Positions 40,624 through 53,184 of a DNA stretch of 64,000 nucleotides are shown piece by piece; position 1 is the first letter of the stretch; every line of letters starts with the position of its first letter. Location of the stretch: the NCBI RefSeq assembly GCF_006345805.1, contig NW_021833255.1, forward strand, positions 1 to 64,000. Reading direction: 5' to 3'. The translations under genes and the position numbers were made by a program. Source of the stretch: Octopus sinensis (Eukaryota). Below the pieces are notes generated by a model. It was not told the DNA's origin and did no database searches. It saw nothing but the letters and a program-made list of their open reading frames with translations.

Positions 40624-41952
40624 TCGTTTTGCCTAGCTAGAACATGGGAGACCAAGATACATTCAGTAGTTGCGAATAACTATCCTTCTCATTTGTTTAT
40701 TTTCTTTTAGTTTTGGTAATATTGGATGAAAATTTGAGTTAATTTCTAGTATTTGTTTTGTTTACTTTCTGAAAAAAATTTACGGTGACATATAATCTCT
40801 ACTTTTCTTATAGCGACCTCTTCGTTTTCATTGTTTTCAAAAAATAGAAATCGCTATGAAACCCCTTCCTTTCACTATCGTTTCTTTTTTCATTCTGTCT
40901 CTAGAATTATTTAGAATTATATATGCTTATGCAATGTCGAATTATGTAAAATTATTTAATATTTCTTTCGTCCATAAACAGTTCCAAAAATGAAAATAAA
41001 ATATTGTCATTTTTTTTATATCAATTCCTGTCGATTTGGCACAGGAATGAGCATCCGGTGTTTGAAAATTCACAAAATTAATTCGTAACATGAACATACA
41101 TTTAACATCTTGTTAGACAAGAAAGACAACAACAACGAAAAAGGCTGTATTCCATTTATTGTCACAAATGTCTTTTGACACAAACAAGGCAAATGTTACG
41201 CATAGGGATTGCAAGGGTTTCGGATGGACATTACAGAATTATATTAAATCAAGAATACTTTTCTCCATTTGGCTTTATATGACTTCGTTTTGCCTATACC
41301 CAGAAATATTTTAATGAAGTGGAGCTGTCAGAAATATTTTGTTCCGAATAATCCGCGAAAAATATAGGATCATTTCGGAGATGTTACACTATTAATGGAC
41401 GTGTTAAAAATACGATTCAAATTGAATACACCGTAAATGGGCAACTATATTAAATCACAGCATAATTAAAACATATATATTTACAAAAAAAGTGTACTAA
41501 ACAAATAGACCAACAAATCCACATATAGGTGACAGCGCAGCAGATCTTTAGGGCTGGAATATTTCACAAAATTAATCTCTTGCTACATCAATACACTTTT
41601 CTACTCTAGGCACAAGGCCTGAAATTTTTGGGGAAGGGGGCCAGTCAAAATCGGGTGCGGTGGGCATGGTACATCTCGGCCGATATATATTCAAAGAATA
41701 ACTGTTTTTGTATCAAAGTTCATGTGAAATTATATTGCTATATGTATTCTTAAGGTGAGTTTCACATTTGTATTTTATATAAACATAGGCACAGGAGTGG
41801 CTGTGTAGTAAGTAGCTTGCATACCAACCACATGGTTCCAGGTTCAGTCCCACTACGGGCACCTTTGGCAAGTAAGTGTTTTCTACTGTAGCCTCGGGCC
41901 AACCAAAGCCATCTGAGTGGATCTGGTAGACGAAAACTGAAGAAGACTGTCG

Positions 41953-41983
<31 letters not shown>

Positions 41984-42720
41984 ATGTGTGTGTGTGAGTG
42001 TTTGTGTGTCTATATTTGTTCCCCCATCATCACCTGGCAACCGATGCTGGTGTGTTTACGTCCCCGTAACTTAGCGGTTCAGCAAAAGAAACCCATAGAA
42101 TAAGTACTAGGCTTACAAAGAATAACTCCTGCGGTCCATTTGTTCGACTAAAGACGGTGCTCCAGCATGGCCGCAGTCAAATGGCTGAAACAAATAAAGG
42201 AGTAAAAAATTAAATAAGAGAAACGAGAAAGATGGAAGCACAGAAGGAAAAATAAGGACTCACATGCTACCCCGACCCTTTTGCATAGAAAAAGGTTTTA
42301 GTTTATACATTGTTGTAGATACTAAAAGTGGGTGTTTTTGAAATAGAGGCGGCACTATTCATTTTCGTCAACTGTGAGGACTGGAGCAACGTGAAATAAA
42401 GTACCTTGCTCAAGGACACAAACCCCGCCGGGGATCGAACTCACAACCTTAAGATCGTGAGCTGAATACCTCCCACCATTAAGACACGCGCCTTCACGTG
42501 GGTAAGGACGGGACGAGTTCGATTTCAGACCTCATCGATCAAGGATTACATAATAGGCGCGGGAGTGGCTGTGCGGTAAGTAACTTGCTTACCAACCACA
42601 TGGTTCCGGGTTCAGTCCAACTGCGTGGCATCTTGGGCAAGTGTCTTCTGCTATAGCCTCGGACCGACCAAAGCCTTGTGAGTGGATTTGGTAGACGGAA
42701 ATTGAAAGAAGCCCGTCGTA

Positions 42721-42779
<59 letters not shown>

Positions 42780-43197
42780 TTGTGTGTCTGTGTCTGTGTT
42801 TGTCCCCCTAGCATCGCTTGACAACCGATGCTGGTGTGTTTATGTCCCAGTAACTTAGCGGTTCGGCAAAAGAGACCGATAGAATAAGTACTGGGCTTAC
42901 AAAGAATAAGTCCCGGGGTCGAGTTGCTCGACTAAAGGCGGTGCTCCAGCATGGCCGCAGTCAAATGACTGAAACAAGTAAAAGAGTAAAAGAGTATTAA
43001 ACAACGACGACGACTATGATGACGGCGTCAACAATGTAAATACACAAGAAATAATTTACTCTTGTAGACATATTTACAGGCACGTAGAAGCAGAAAGTCA
43101 TACAGCAAGCCATACGCCAATACATATGCATGTTCATGTTTGTCTGTCTGTCTGTCTGTCTTTCTCCTCCCCCCCTCTCTCTCTTTCAATATATATA

Positions 43198-43240
<43 letters not shown>

Positions 43241-43388
43241 ATAGATTTATACTAGTATAAAATACAATTATAACTATAATTTATACTATTTTATGCTATT
43301 ATAAATCTATATAACTTTACCTAAATAGGTCGGTTTTATAGGTTGGCCACTGATAATAAGATATTCAACGATTTTATGTATATATATG

Positions 43389-43446
<58 letters not shown>

Positions 43447-43564
43447 GAAATTAAGTAACAAGATGGATTTGGTATTAAACCTAATCCTGTACCACGTTCG
43501 TTTCGACCGGTCCTACTCTCTCAACACAACTAACCGACTTATACATTTTAGTCCAAAATATTAA

Positions 43565-43861
43565 TTACACACACACACACACACACACATACGCACACAC
43601 ATACATACATACATACATACATACATACATACATACATACTTACATACATACGTACATACATACATACAAACATACATACATACATACATACATACATAC
43701 ATACATACGTACGTACATACATACATACGTACATACATACATACATACATACATACATACATACATACATACATACATACATACATACATACATACATAC
43801 ATACATACATACGTACATACATACATACATACATACATACATACATACATACGTACATACA

Positions 43862-43890
<29 letters not shown>
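43565..43890. repeat. (CA)n/(CATA)n microsatellite, representative of many (TA)n, (CA)n, (TATG)n, (CTAT)n and (TAA)n tracts
   Basis: Directly visible; such tracts explain most YIYI/MYVC/YLSI/IIII ORFs in the track. Confidence 0.98.
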
Positions 43891-43894
<4 letters not shown>

Positions 43895-44422
43895 TCACGT
43901 GTGTGTAGTGTGTATGTTTGTGCTCCATTTCCTGTATACTTACGCCGTCGTCGTTCTCTTCCCCAAGTTGATCCTCACCTGTAATGAGCTAATAACAAAA
44001 TATATACCTTTCAATTGTTAATCGTCTTTAATATACATCCTCATAGAGGGTAGCTTTACAGAATTTGTTTCATTAAAGTGTTTACACTTTATGTAAAACC
44101 ACAAAAATTTCATAGTGACCTTATCAACTTTCCTGGTTACGTGCACATGTATTAATTACATTAAATTCTATGAAAGCTCAGATGACAATTTTAATTTATG
44201 CACTTGCCTACCTCCTAATGCACTGGCCATGCTCTTTATTGCTATCAGAAATTTAATCTCATATGTAAGGTCATTCACTTTTGATCTAAAATTCTTTGCA
44301 CTTACCCTCTGTGCATATTGCACAATAAAGGTGACGGCTGCTGTTAGTTAACGTTGCTGTTTCGCGGGCAATGGTTGGCAAGTTTTTCTTCGTGAGAGAA
44401 GCCGGATGTATTTTGTTATATA

Positions 44423-44795
44423 CACTACCGTGAGAAATTAATTAGCACCCTTGATTTGCTCTTCACTCAAGTTCGCGTCACCTAGTGGCCATATCTCGAA
44501 CTATTGCTTTGTTGCGAGTTCACTGTTGCGCAGAACGATGACGTACTTTGTTTGCAGAGCAGTTTGAGAGTCTACAAGCCTTATGATGTTGACATAGCAG
44601 TGCAACAACTTGGAGTGCGGATGCAGACAAATCTTCCTTTGTTTAATAGATATAGGTAGCGCCTCGCAAGGACCGAATTCACACCATACTAAGTTTTCTC
44701 ATCGCGTAAGACGTTTTGAACAGCTCATAGGTTAATTGATTTAACCTATTTAATGTAGAAATTTGAGAAGTGCTAATTAATTTCTGACGCAAGTG
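44423..44795. mobile_element. Tc1/mariner-type MITE (373 bp)
   Basis: TIRs CACTACCGTGAGAAATTAATTAGCAC / reverse complement CACTTGCGTCAGAAATTAATTAGCAC, flanked by TA on both sides. Confidence 0.8.
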
Positions 44796-44829
44796 TATAT
44801 ATATTTTGGGTTGTCAGCGCCCAAAATTC

Positions 44830-44935
44830 TCGACGCCATCTTGGGGAATGCAGAGGGGCTAGTACGGGACCGCCAGCGATGGAGAGCAGTTGTAGACCTG
44901 GTCAGCTCTACGCATGATGACACCCCTGGGACCAC
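44830..44935 (+). mobile_element. RTE-like LINE 3' remnant
   Basis: Translates to LVRDRQRWRAVVDLV, typical of an RTE C-terminus. Confidence 0.45.
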
Positions 44936-45103
44936 TAACATGGAATTATCCCAACCAGATTATGAAGCACAGCCAGTCACTGCCAAACTTAACATAATTT
45001 ATTCGCCAAACTTAACATAATTTATTCGCAACAAATTAGTGTGTGGATTTGTTATTTGTTGTTGGTTATTTTTTTTCTGCTGAAGGTGGAATCAATATTT
45101 TCT

Positions 45104-45660
45104 GTGTTTATTTTTGTTTCTCGGAGATTCATCATTTTTTTCCGCGTGTGCCTTTTGCACCGCATTACGAATTTTCTTGTTTATTTTTGTTTCTCAGAAA
45201 TTCATCAAATTTTCCGCGTGTGCCTTTCGTACCGCGTTACGAATTTTTTTGTTTATTTTTTTCTGTTGTGCAATGTCTCTATTTTTGTTTCTCAGAAATT
45301 CATCAAATTTTCCGTGTGTGCTTTTTATACCGCTTTACAAATTTTCTTGTTTATTTTTGTTTCTCAGACATTCCTCAATTTTTCCGCGTGTGCCTTTTGC
45401 ACCGCGTTACGAATTTTTTGTTTATTTTTGTTTCTCAGAAATTCTTCAATTTTTCCGCGTGTGTCTTTTGTACCGCGTTACGAATTTTCTTGTTTATATT
45501 TGTTTCTCAGACATTCCTCAATTTTTCCGCGTGTGCCTTTTGCACCGCGTTACGAATTTTCTTGTCTATTTTTGTTTTCTCAGAAATTCATCAATTTTTC
45601 CGTGTGTGTCTTTTGTACCGCGTTACGAATTTTTTGTTTATTTTTTTCTGTTGTGCAATG
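45104..45660. repeat. Tandem minisatellite, ~71-72 bp unit, about 7-8 copies
   Basis: Unit TGTTTATTTTTGTTTCTCAGAAATTCATCAATTTTTCCGCGTGTGCCTTTTGCACCGCGTTACGAATTTTCT. Confidence 0.93.
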
Positions 45661-47227
45661 TCTCTAGCAAATACTTGACTGAGATATGTGTTTTATTTTT
45701 AAGGCTACGACTACTAATTCAAATCCGTCTTGCTACTGCCTAATAAAAGAAAGTGAATTCCTGAAATATGTTTAAAAGAATTAAACTGACCCCCATCCCT
45801 CACAAAATTGCAGAAATGTCTTTTTACACTTACAAAAATATCAAAAACGATTTTCTTATTTTGGTAATAATTCCGTGCAATATGGCACAGAAAGAAGCAT
45901 AACATTGGAAAATTCACAGACTGTAATCCAGAATATGAACACACACAAAAAAAACAACAAAAAATATCAAGAACTACAACAACAACAATAGTGAAACCAA
46001 CGCCTTCTTTTATTATTGTCATTTGGATTTTTTTTAAGCAAACATCGAAAACATTTGACATAGAGATTGTGTTGGAAAGTAGAACAAAAAAGATTTGTAT
46101 TGTTTCTAGAGTAGTAAAAAAAAATAGTAGTTTTTAGGACAGAGGATAATCGGTCCCATCAAAGTTATAACTAGTTGGGTACTTTATTTTATCGACCCCG
46201 AAAGGAAGAAAGGCAAATTTGAACTCAGATCATAAAATGTCGGAGAAAAGTTGACAAATAATTTTTATCGACGCTTGAATGATTCTGCGTTCGTCTCCTC
46301 GTTTTTATACGACATCGTCTTGACCATCTCTCAAATTGTGAGGTCAGTTTCAATTTAGAATCATAATACGCATCGGAAAGCAGAGAACTGTTCCGGATAT
46401 GTTGTACAATAAATAACTGAACATGAAGAAAATATGTGAACTACGCACACACTAAATCGATAATTATATAAAAGCAAAGCAAAACAATCGTTTCAAAAAT
46501 GTACTAAGCAAATTGGGAAACCCACACGCATGCGCGCGCGTAGGTAGTAAAGTCCCATATTGCTTTAGCCCAATACCATGGGTAAGTTGGGCATAAATGT
46601 TGTAAAGTCATTTTTAAACAAAATAAATATAAACAAAAAACCGATAAATCGTGGACACCGCTCCAAATAATACATAATATAAAATTCCTCGTCTTCAAAT
46701 ACAGAATTGTATAACGATGATAATATATGACAAAGATAATAATAATTATTGTTATTAACACAATTCTCGAGGCTAGTGTGCCGGACAAAATGCTTAACGG
46801 CATTTCGTCCGTCTCTACGTTCTGAGTTCAAATTTCGCCGAGTACTCAACTGGTTCTTATTTTATCGACCCTGATAGGATGAAAAGCAAAGTCAACCTCG
46901 GCAGAATTTGAACTCAGAACGCAAAGACGGACGCAGCATTGTGCTCGAGCGTGCTAACGATTCTGCCAGCTCACAGCATTTCTGTCTCTCAAAGATATTA
47001 AAAGAAAGTAAATAAGCAACATCTTCTGAGTTCATTTCGATTATAAGTAAAGTTTTGATTAAATGGCAAGATTTCAAACGAATTTTTTAAATGCCCTTGT
47101 TTGTGTTTAATATATTAGTTTTTCTAATATACTGACCTATACTGTGGAGCTTCCACGGGTGCCGCTAGTTTTGAAAGGATTTGTAAAATTATAGAAGATA
47201 TTAATGTATACATTCTTGTGTGCTATT

Positions 47228-47464
47228 GCTAAGGTATTCTGGCAGAATCGTTAGCATGCCGGGCGAAATGCTTAGCCGTATTTCGTCTACTGTTACGTTG
47301 TGAGTTCAAATTCCGCCGAGATCGACTTTGCCTTTCATCCTCTCGGGGTCGATTAACTAAGTACCAGTTACGCACTGGAGTCGATGTATTCGACTTAATA
47401 CCTATGTCTGTCCTTGTTTGTCCTCTCTGTGTTTAGCCCCTTGTGGGTAATAAAGAAATAGGTA
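47228..47464 (+). mobile_element. SINE family B (Meta-domain-like core); other copies at ~6279-6915, 6927-7065, 7400-7680, 46170-46290(-), 46765-46975(-), 54500-54735(-), 56498-57000, 61934-62105
   Basis: Recurrent CTGGCAGAATCGTTAGC head, GCCTTTCATCCTTTCGGGGTCGATAAATTAAGTACC core and GCCCCTTGTGGG..AAAGAAATAGGTA tail. Confidence 0.9.
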
Positions 47465-48920
47465 TTAAGTTAACATTCGCTGTTTTGGAATTTTCAAGCG
47501 ATTCAGTTCCCTCTATACGCGCCCAATCTTGGACTTCTCCTCTTGCTAATATCGCAAACAATATTGCACCAGCTACACATACAGCAGCAAACAAGGCTAA
47601 CACGATCTGCCATTCTTCTAGTGTACCATTTGGAGTGAGAGCTTTTGCAGACACCGTACTAATACTGCCGGCTGCTGTTCCAAAAGCGTTGGCAATTCCA
47701 AATACAACGCCTGCATAATTTGGGGCAATGTCAATATTGTTGACGGTAACACCACCACTGGAAAAGGATAGAGTTATACCACTAAGAAACAACAGGATAA
47801 TTATTAAAGTGTTTTTGCCACATCCGAGGAATCCTATCGCGATTAACAGACTTGCTGAACCTAACATAGAAAAAGTGTGGAATAAAACTCGAACAGAACG
47901 AGTTGACAGATATTTCTTTGAAAGTATAATATTTGCGCATTTTCCCCAAAACGGTAGAGCAATTATTTGCCCAACTGCAGTGACAGACGACATTAAACCG
48001 TTGGATGTTGTATTAACGTTTAAAGCTTCTTTCACATAAAGAGGTAACAACACCTGGAAAGCTAGAGTAGTCCAACAATAAGCAAACCAACCAAAAATGA
48101 TGGCCCAAACTGCAGGTGAAGAGAACAGCCGTTTCCAGGGTACATTTTTAACTACTTTTTCACTCACTATAGTTCTGCTTAAGTAAGAATATTCTTCTTC
48201 GCTGATAGTGGGATGGACGTCTGGATTATCGTAAACTACATAAAACCACACACAACTAAAAACCAAACATATTCCACCAAATATGTAAAATATAGAACCC
48301 CATCCATTATCAAACCCATACACACAAAGGTAACCTGATATCGAAAGACATAAAATACTACCTAAATACTGGGCGGCAAATATAATGGCAATCAATAAAC
48401 TAATTTCTTGTGAAGGAGCCCAGCGTCCAAATAAGGACTGAAGTGCAGGATAGATCGGCCCCGATACCACACCTGTTAATATCCGTAGGACAAGAGTAAA
48501 GTAGCCACTAACTCGTGATAAACTTGGGTGGAGAATGGTCAAAATTGATGATGAGAGAAATGAAGCCCCCAGAACTCTTTTCCCACCATATTTATCTGCC
48601 AATAAACCACCGACAATGTTAGTCCCTATATATCCATAAAAGTAACCAGCTAGCATGTTTGATTGTAATTTGTCACTCCATTCAAACTCTCCTTCATAAT
48701 TTCGATTTGATGAATAATTATGCAATGCAGAACAACGATGTTCGTTTGCAGTAAAGCTAACTTCCTCAGTCGTACGATTGAGTGGTTTCAACATACAAAC
48801 AAATGCCATGCTTAGATTAACTCTTAATGTTTGCATCAAAAGACTAGCAGCAGCACAGGCATAACATAGTCTCCAACGACAAGAAGAATAACGCTTTATC
48901 CAGAGCGTAAATTGAGACAT
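47433..48920 (-). CDS. SLC17A5-like: SLC17 sialin-like MFS organic anion transporter, copy 5 (intact, single exon, 495 aa)
   Basis: Uninterrupted ORF from ATG 48920 (MSQF...) with LRVNLS, GGLLADKYGGKR, FGRWAPSQE, NNIDIAPNYAG motifs and about 12 hydrophobic segments. Exact orthology is not established. Confidence 0.93.
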   Translation of the reverse strand: MSQFTLWIKRYSSCRWRLCYACAAASLLMQTLRVNLSMAFVCMLKPLNRTTEEVSFTANEHRCSALHNYSSNRNYEGEFEWSDKLQSNMLAGYFYGYIGTNIVGGLLADKYGGKRVLGASFLSSSILTILHPSLSRVSGYFTLVLRILTGVVSGPIYPALQSLFGRWAPSQEISLLIAIIFAAQYLGSILCLSISGYLCVYGFDNGWGSIFYIFGGICLVFSCVWFYVVYDNPDVHPTISEEEYSYLSRTIVSEKVVKNVPWKRLFSSPAVWAIIFGWFAYCWTTLAFQVLLPLYVKEALNVNTTSNGLMSSVTAVGQIIALPFWGKCANIILSKKYLSTRSVRVLFHTFSMLGSASLLIAIGFLGCGKNTLIIILLFLSGITLSFSSGGVTVNNIDIAPNYAGVVFGIANAFGTAAGSISTVSAKALTPNGTLEEWQIVLALFAAVCVAGAILFAILARGEVQDWARIEGTESLENSKTANVNLIPISLLPTRG

Positions 48921-49219
48921 TTTTGTTAACTTCAACTTCCAATTATTTTAAGAGATGTGTGATGTAATTTTTAAATATTGAATGAAACAGTAAAAGAGAG
49001 ACACCGAAAATGAGCAAACTATTACTTTCCTGTGCGCAGCTTCATTTCATAAAATTAATGATGGTTGTTTGGTCTCTAAAGTGCATATTTAACCAGATGA
49101 AATCTGATGTTCAAACCTTTTGATTAAGATATCTTAATGTCAATATATTTCAGAGTAGCTTGGTGCATTTCATTATCGATAAATATAGACATGTAAACCC
49201 GTAAGCTTAGTGTTAATAT

Positions 49220-49309
<90 letters not shown>

Positions 49310-50224
49310 ATTATTATTTGAGGGAATATAAATCCAAACTTATAGGGAAAATTTAGAAATACTAAATCAATTTACTTAATCATTGATATTTTATTGTTAT
49401 TTTAATTTTAATATTTCTATTATATGTAATTTTTTAGATGCTGTAATTTAATTGTTCATTTTGAATTGATGAAAGTTTTTTTAATTATATATATATATAT
49501 ATTAGTTATCACTGATTTAGTAAACTACTTCGTTTATCTTTTACTATCCTTTATTTAACATCACGTTAAGGCAAAAATACAAACAAGAAATACAACGAAT
49601 AAAAATGCAGAGTTTGACAGTAAATTATAGAGAACGCAAATTCAGGAATTCTGTTACAATCTGTAAAGTTTGGGTCTGGAATTAATACCGTCACTTCCAA
49701 ATCTTCTCTGTCTGCTGTAAATCTGAGACGTGACAGATACATAAGAAACAGTCGAAAAATATGTGGTAACCAACTAGTTTTTAAACGATATATGTTCAAT
49801 TCCACAATTCCACTTAGTTCTTCGATGCATTCAGTTATACTCTGTGTTGCTTCAGTATAAATCTGTGGGGACATTTACAATGCAGTTTCTATTTAAGGTT
49901 GAGTCATTCCAAGTTATTCATTCCTTGTATCAAAAATACGGCAGAAACTAAAGATCCAACTGTGGGAAACATTAGTTCAATGACAAATATCTTTGGGCAG
50001 AATTGGTTGGGTAATAAAGATTGTTGAGTATTCCTTTATGCATCTTTATGTTCTTACTTCTGGGAAGAATCAATTGATTGTGCATTCTCTGAAATGTGAG
50101 ATCGTGTATCAATGAAGGAAATCAATATTAGTTAATAGGTTTAAAGACATACGAGATTTGCTCAAAAGTTCCTGGCTTTTGGTAAAAGAAAACACAGGAG
50201 GAACAGTTATGATTTTATTCAACG

Positions 50225-51960
50225 AGATGTGATACCTCTAATAATTCTGATATTGCCATGAGTTCAAGTGACTCCGCCCAAGTTACAAATTTGGTTGGTG
50301 CATACCTCCTTAAGTGTCTTAGTAGTGATCTCCCTGAACTGCAGGGTGGTCTTTATAGAGATGAAGTATTATTTATTACACCTAGAAATAGTAAGACTGT
50401 CATAGAAAGAATGAGGAAGAAAACCGGAAAATTCTTCAAAAACCTAGGGCCCACTTTCGAATATGACATGAAGATAATTAACTTCTTAGATGCTACATTA
50501 GAACTTAAATCTGGTTTGTATTATCCCTATAGAAAACCAAATGAAGTTACTAAGTATGTGAACAGATCCTCTAATCATCCCCCAAATGTATTAAAATCAT
50601 TAGCAAAAGGAATTTCAAGGGGAATTACTTAATTATCGGCTAAAATTTATATTTAACTTATACTTCCACTACCATAACTCTGCTCTGTTTAAGGCGTGAT
50701 ACAATCAGGAGATCGCATTCCTTAATTCAGAGAGCTTGATATCAGCTAAACGCATTAAAGAAAATGAAAATGTGAAAAATCACACTAGTTCATTTAATAA
50801 AATAGAATCTAAGGACAGAAAAATGTCTAGCATGTATAATAAGAGCGAGGATAAGAATGGGAAGAATGGAACCAATTCTAATAATAAAATAAATTCCGAT
50901 AATGATAACGTAATTAATAACCGAGCTAGAGGTTTGAGAAGTAGTAGAAGGACTAATTTGATCCGTTTTCATAAGCATAAGAACACTAAGGATAATGATA
51001 AGGTCTGGTTTAACCTGCCTTTCAATTGCGCAATCTCTACTCATATATATAGTAAATTTATCGCGATTTTGGAGAAATATTTCCAGCTTCACATAAGTAT
51101 AGCAAACTATTCTTCAATAGGAGAATCAGAGTTTCATATTCCACCCTCCTAAATCTAGGTACGATTATAGTCCACTTGAACAGAAGGAATATAAACTTAG
51201 CCCGCGAAATTGATAATGATAATGGTAATAGTGGATTAACCCCTAATAATGATTCTAATAAATAGTAGATATGTAAGAATCAATAATACTATGGATAAAA
51301 CTGAGGACCCACTCTCAGCTATTAACAATGCAGTCAACATAGATAGCAGAACTAATAAACCGCAGATGAAGCACCAAGTATCCTATGGTGGCATAACATC
51401 TGATGATATAATCCAAGGCAGTAGGGCTAATATAAATGTAAGTAATAATACCTATTATAACTCGAAAAATGGTGACATAAAATTTGATAATACTTCTATG
51501 AATTTGAGAGGTACCGCGAATGACGACACTATAAATGTTAATGATAGGGTAAGTAATGCTAGTAATAATATCCGCAGTTGCAATTGTAGAGAAGAAACCC
51601 AATGCCCATTATTGGGCCAGTGTTTAACTGAAAATGTCATATATAAATGTACAGTAATGACAGACACTAATAACCTCATTTACATCGAATGCTCTGTAAA
51701 TATGAAAAAAAACTGTTGAATAACCATTTTTTGTTCTTTAGATTTAGCCATAAAGCCAGCAGTACCTCATTATCTACGAAAGACATTAATAATAAATTCA
51801 GCCTAAAATGGGATATAGTTCGTAGAGTTCAACCATACACAAATAACCGAAATGGTTGTGAACTATGTTGTAAGGAGATATATGAAATATTCAAATATAG
51901 AGATAAACAAAACCTAATTAATAATCAATTAGATCTTTGAGTATGATGCGTTCATAGGAT
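50225..51960 (+). mobile_element. Penelope-like element remnant (RT C-terminus, CNC-CPL-C linker, GIY-YIG endonuclease)
   Basis: YYPYRKPNE..YVNRSSNHPP, VWFNLPFN, CNCREETQCPLLGQCLTENVIY, LKWDIV..CELC; multiple stops and frameshifts. Confidence 0.85.
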
Positions 51961-52751
51961 TATCCGTACCTAGAGATACTATAGAGGTAGATAATAGTGA
52001 GTATATCATACTATCATTTGGTAGTATGAGTTGTCCAGGACATCATACAATTCATAACATACTCTCTATTATTTAGAAATCTATGTAGTACTTATTTCTA
52101 TTAACCCTTAACTCCTTTCAATAATTATATTATATATTTACCCCTTCAATACTCCCAGTACTCTCTTCCTTTATAGTTAGTATAACAATTGAATTTACAA
52201 TGGATTAATAAATCTTACACTTCCCCTAAGTATAGGATATAACCCATAAGAACTGATATTATTCTACTTAGGTCAGTGTCGTTGATATATTTTAGAAATA
52301 TTTTAGGAACCTATTTCCAAAGGTATCTTTATTTTTATTGTTTTCAATTAATAATTGATATATATATATATTTATTTTTACATGGTATCATAATAATATC
52401 ACAACTAAGAATTCCTTTCAATACACCAATATAATTTATAATTTATACCATAATTTATAAAATAATCCTTATTTTATTTCATTTATTGTTTTATTTATTC
52501 TTACTTTTATCTCTGTTATAACTTTCTTCATCATTCTGTAAGGAAATACCTTTTATATCATTCTAAGATTTTATAAAGTTTTATTAAAATTTTACATTTC
52601 TTATACATCATATTATTAAATTTTTATGTTGATTTATATAATATTTTTGTATGCTTTTGATGTTCTCATTTGTAAAATGAATAAATAACCCAGCATTATA
52701 ATATCCGAAAGTTGATGAAAAAACCAAATTTTCTCTCCATTTTCTTATTTG

Positions 52752-52810
<59 letters not shown>

Positions 52811-53126
52811 TAAATTAGAGATAAAACCACTATTAGGCAAATCAAACAGTGAAAAACATAAGCCAATACATAAAATTAATTTTAAAATATAAAAGTTAAA
52901 AATAAAAAATTATTTTAATCATTTAAACTTATAAATTTTACATATATATATACAAATATATATATATATATAATATATATATATATATATTATATATATA
53001 TATATTATATATTATTAATTAATTATTAATTAATTTAAAAAATTTTTTTATTAAAAAAAGTTTTTTAAATAAATATCAGAAGTATTAAAAGTTTAATAAC
53101 ATATATATAAGTATATATATATATAT

Positions 53127-53184
<58 letters not shown>

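Noticed and set aside
43485-43535. Minus-strand GACCGGUC-GAAAC-GAAC-GUG
   Set aside because: No CUGANGA, G at the cleavage position and no stem I.
45104-45660. Possible CRISPR-like array
   Set aside because: Units are contiguous with no unique spacers; eukaryotic context and no cas genes.
45041-45743. Three overlapping ~210 aa Phe-rich ORFs
   Set aside because: Produced by the T-rich 72 bp tandem array; open in all three frames with no domain.
47433-48920. Calling the transporter VGLUT
   Set aside because: Lacks the VGLUT TM7 arginine (FCRSW); has a sialin-like FxYxW instead.
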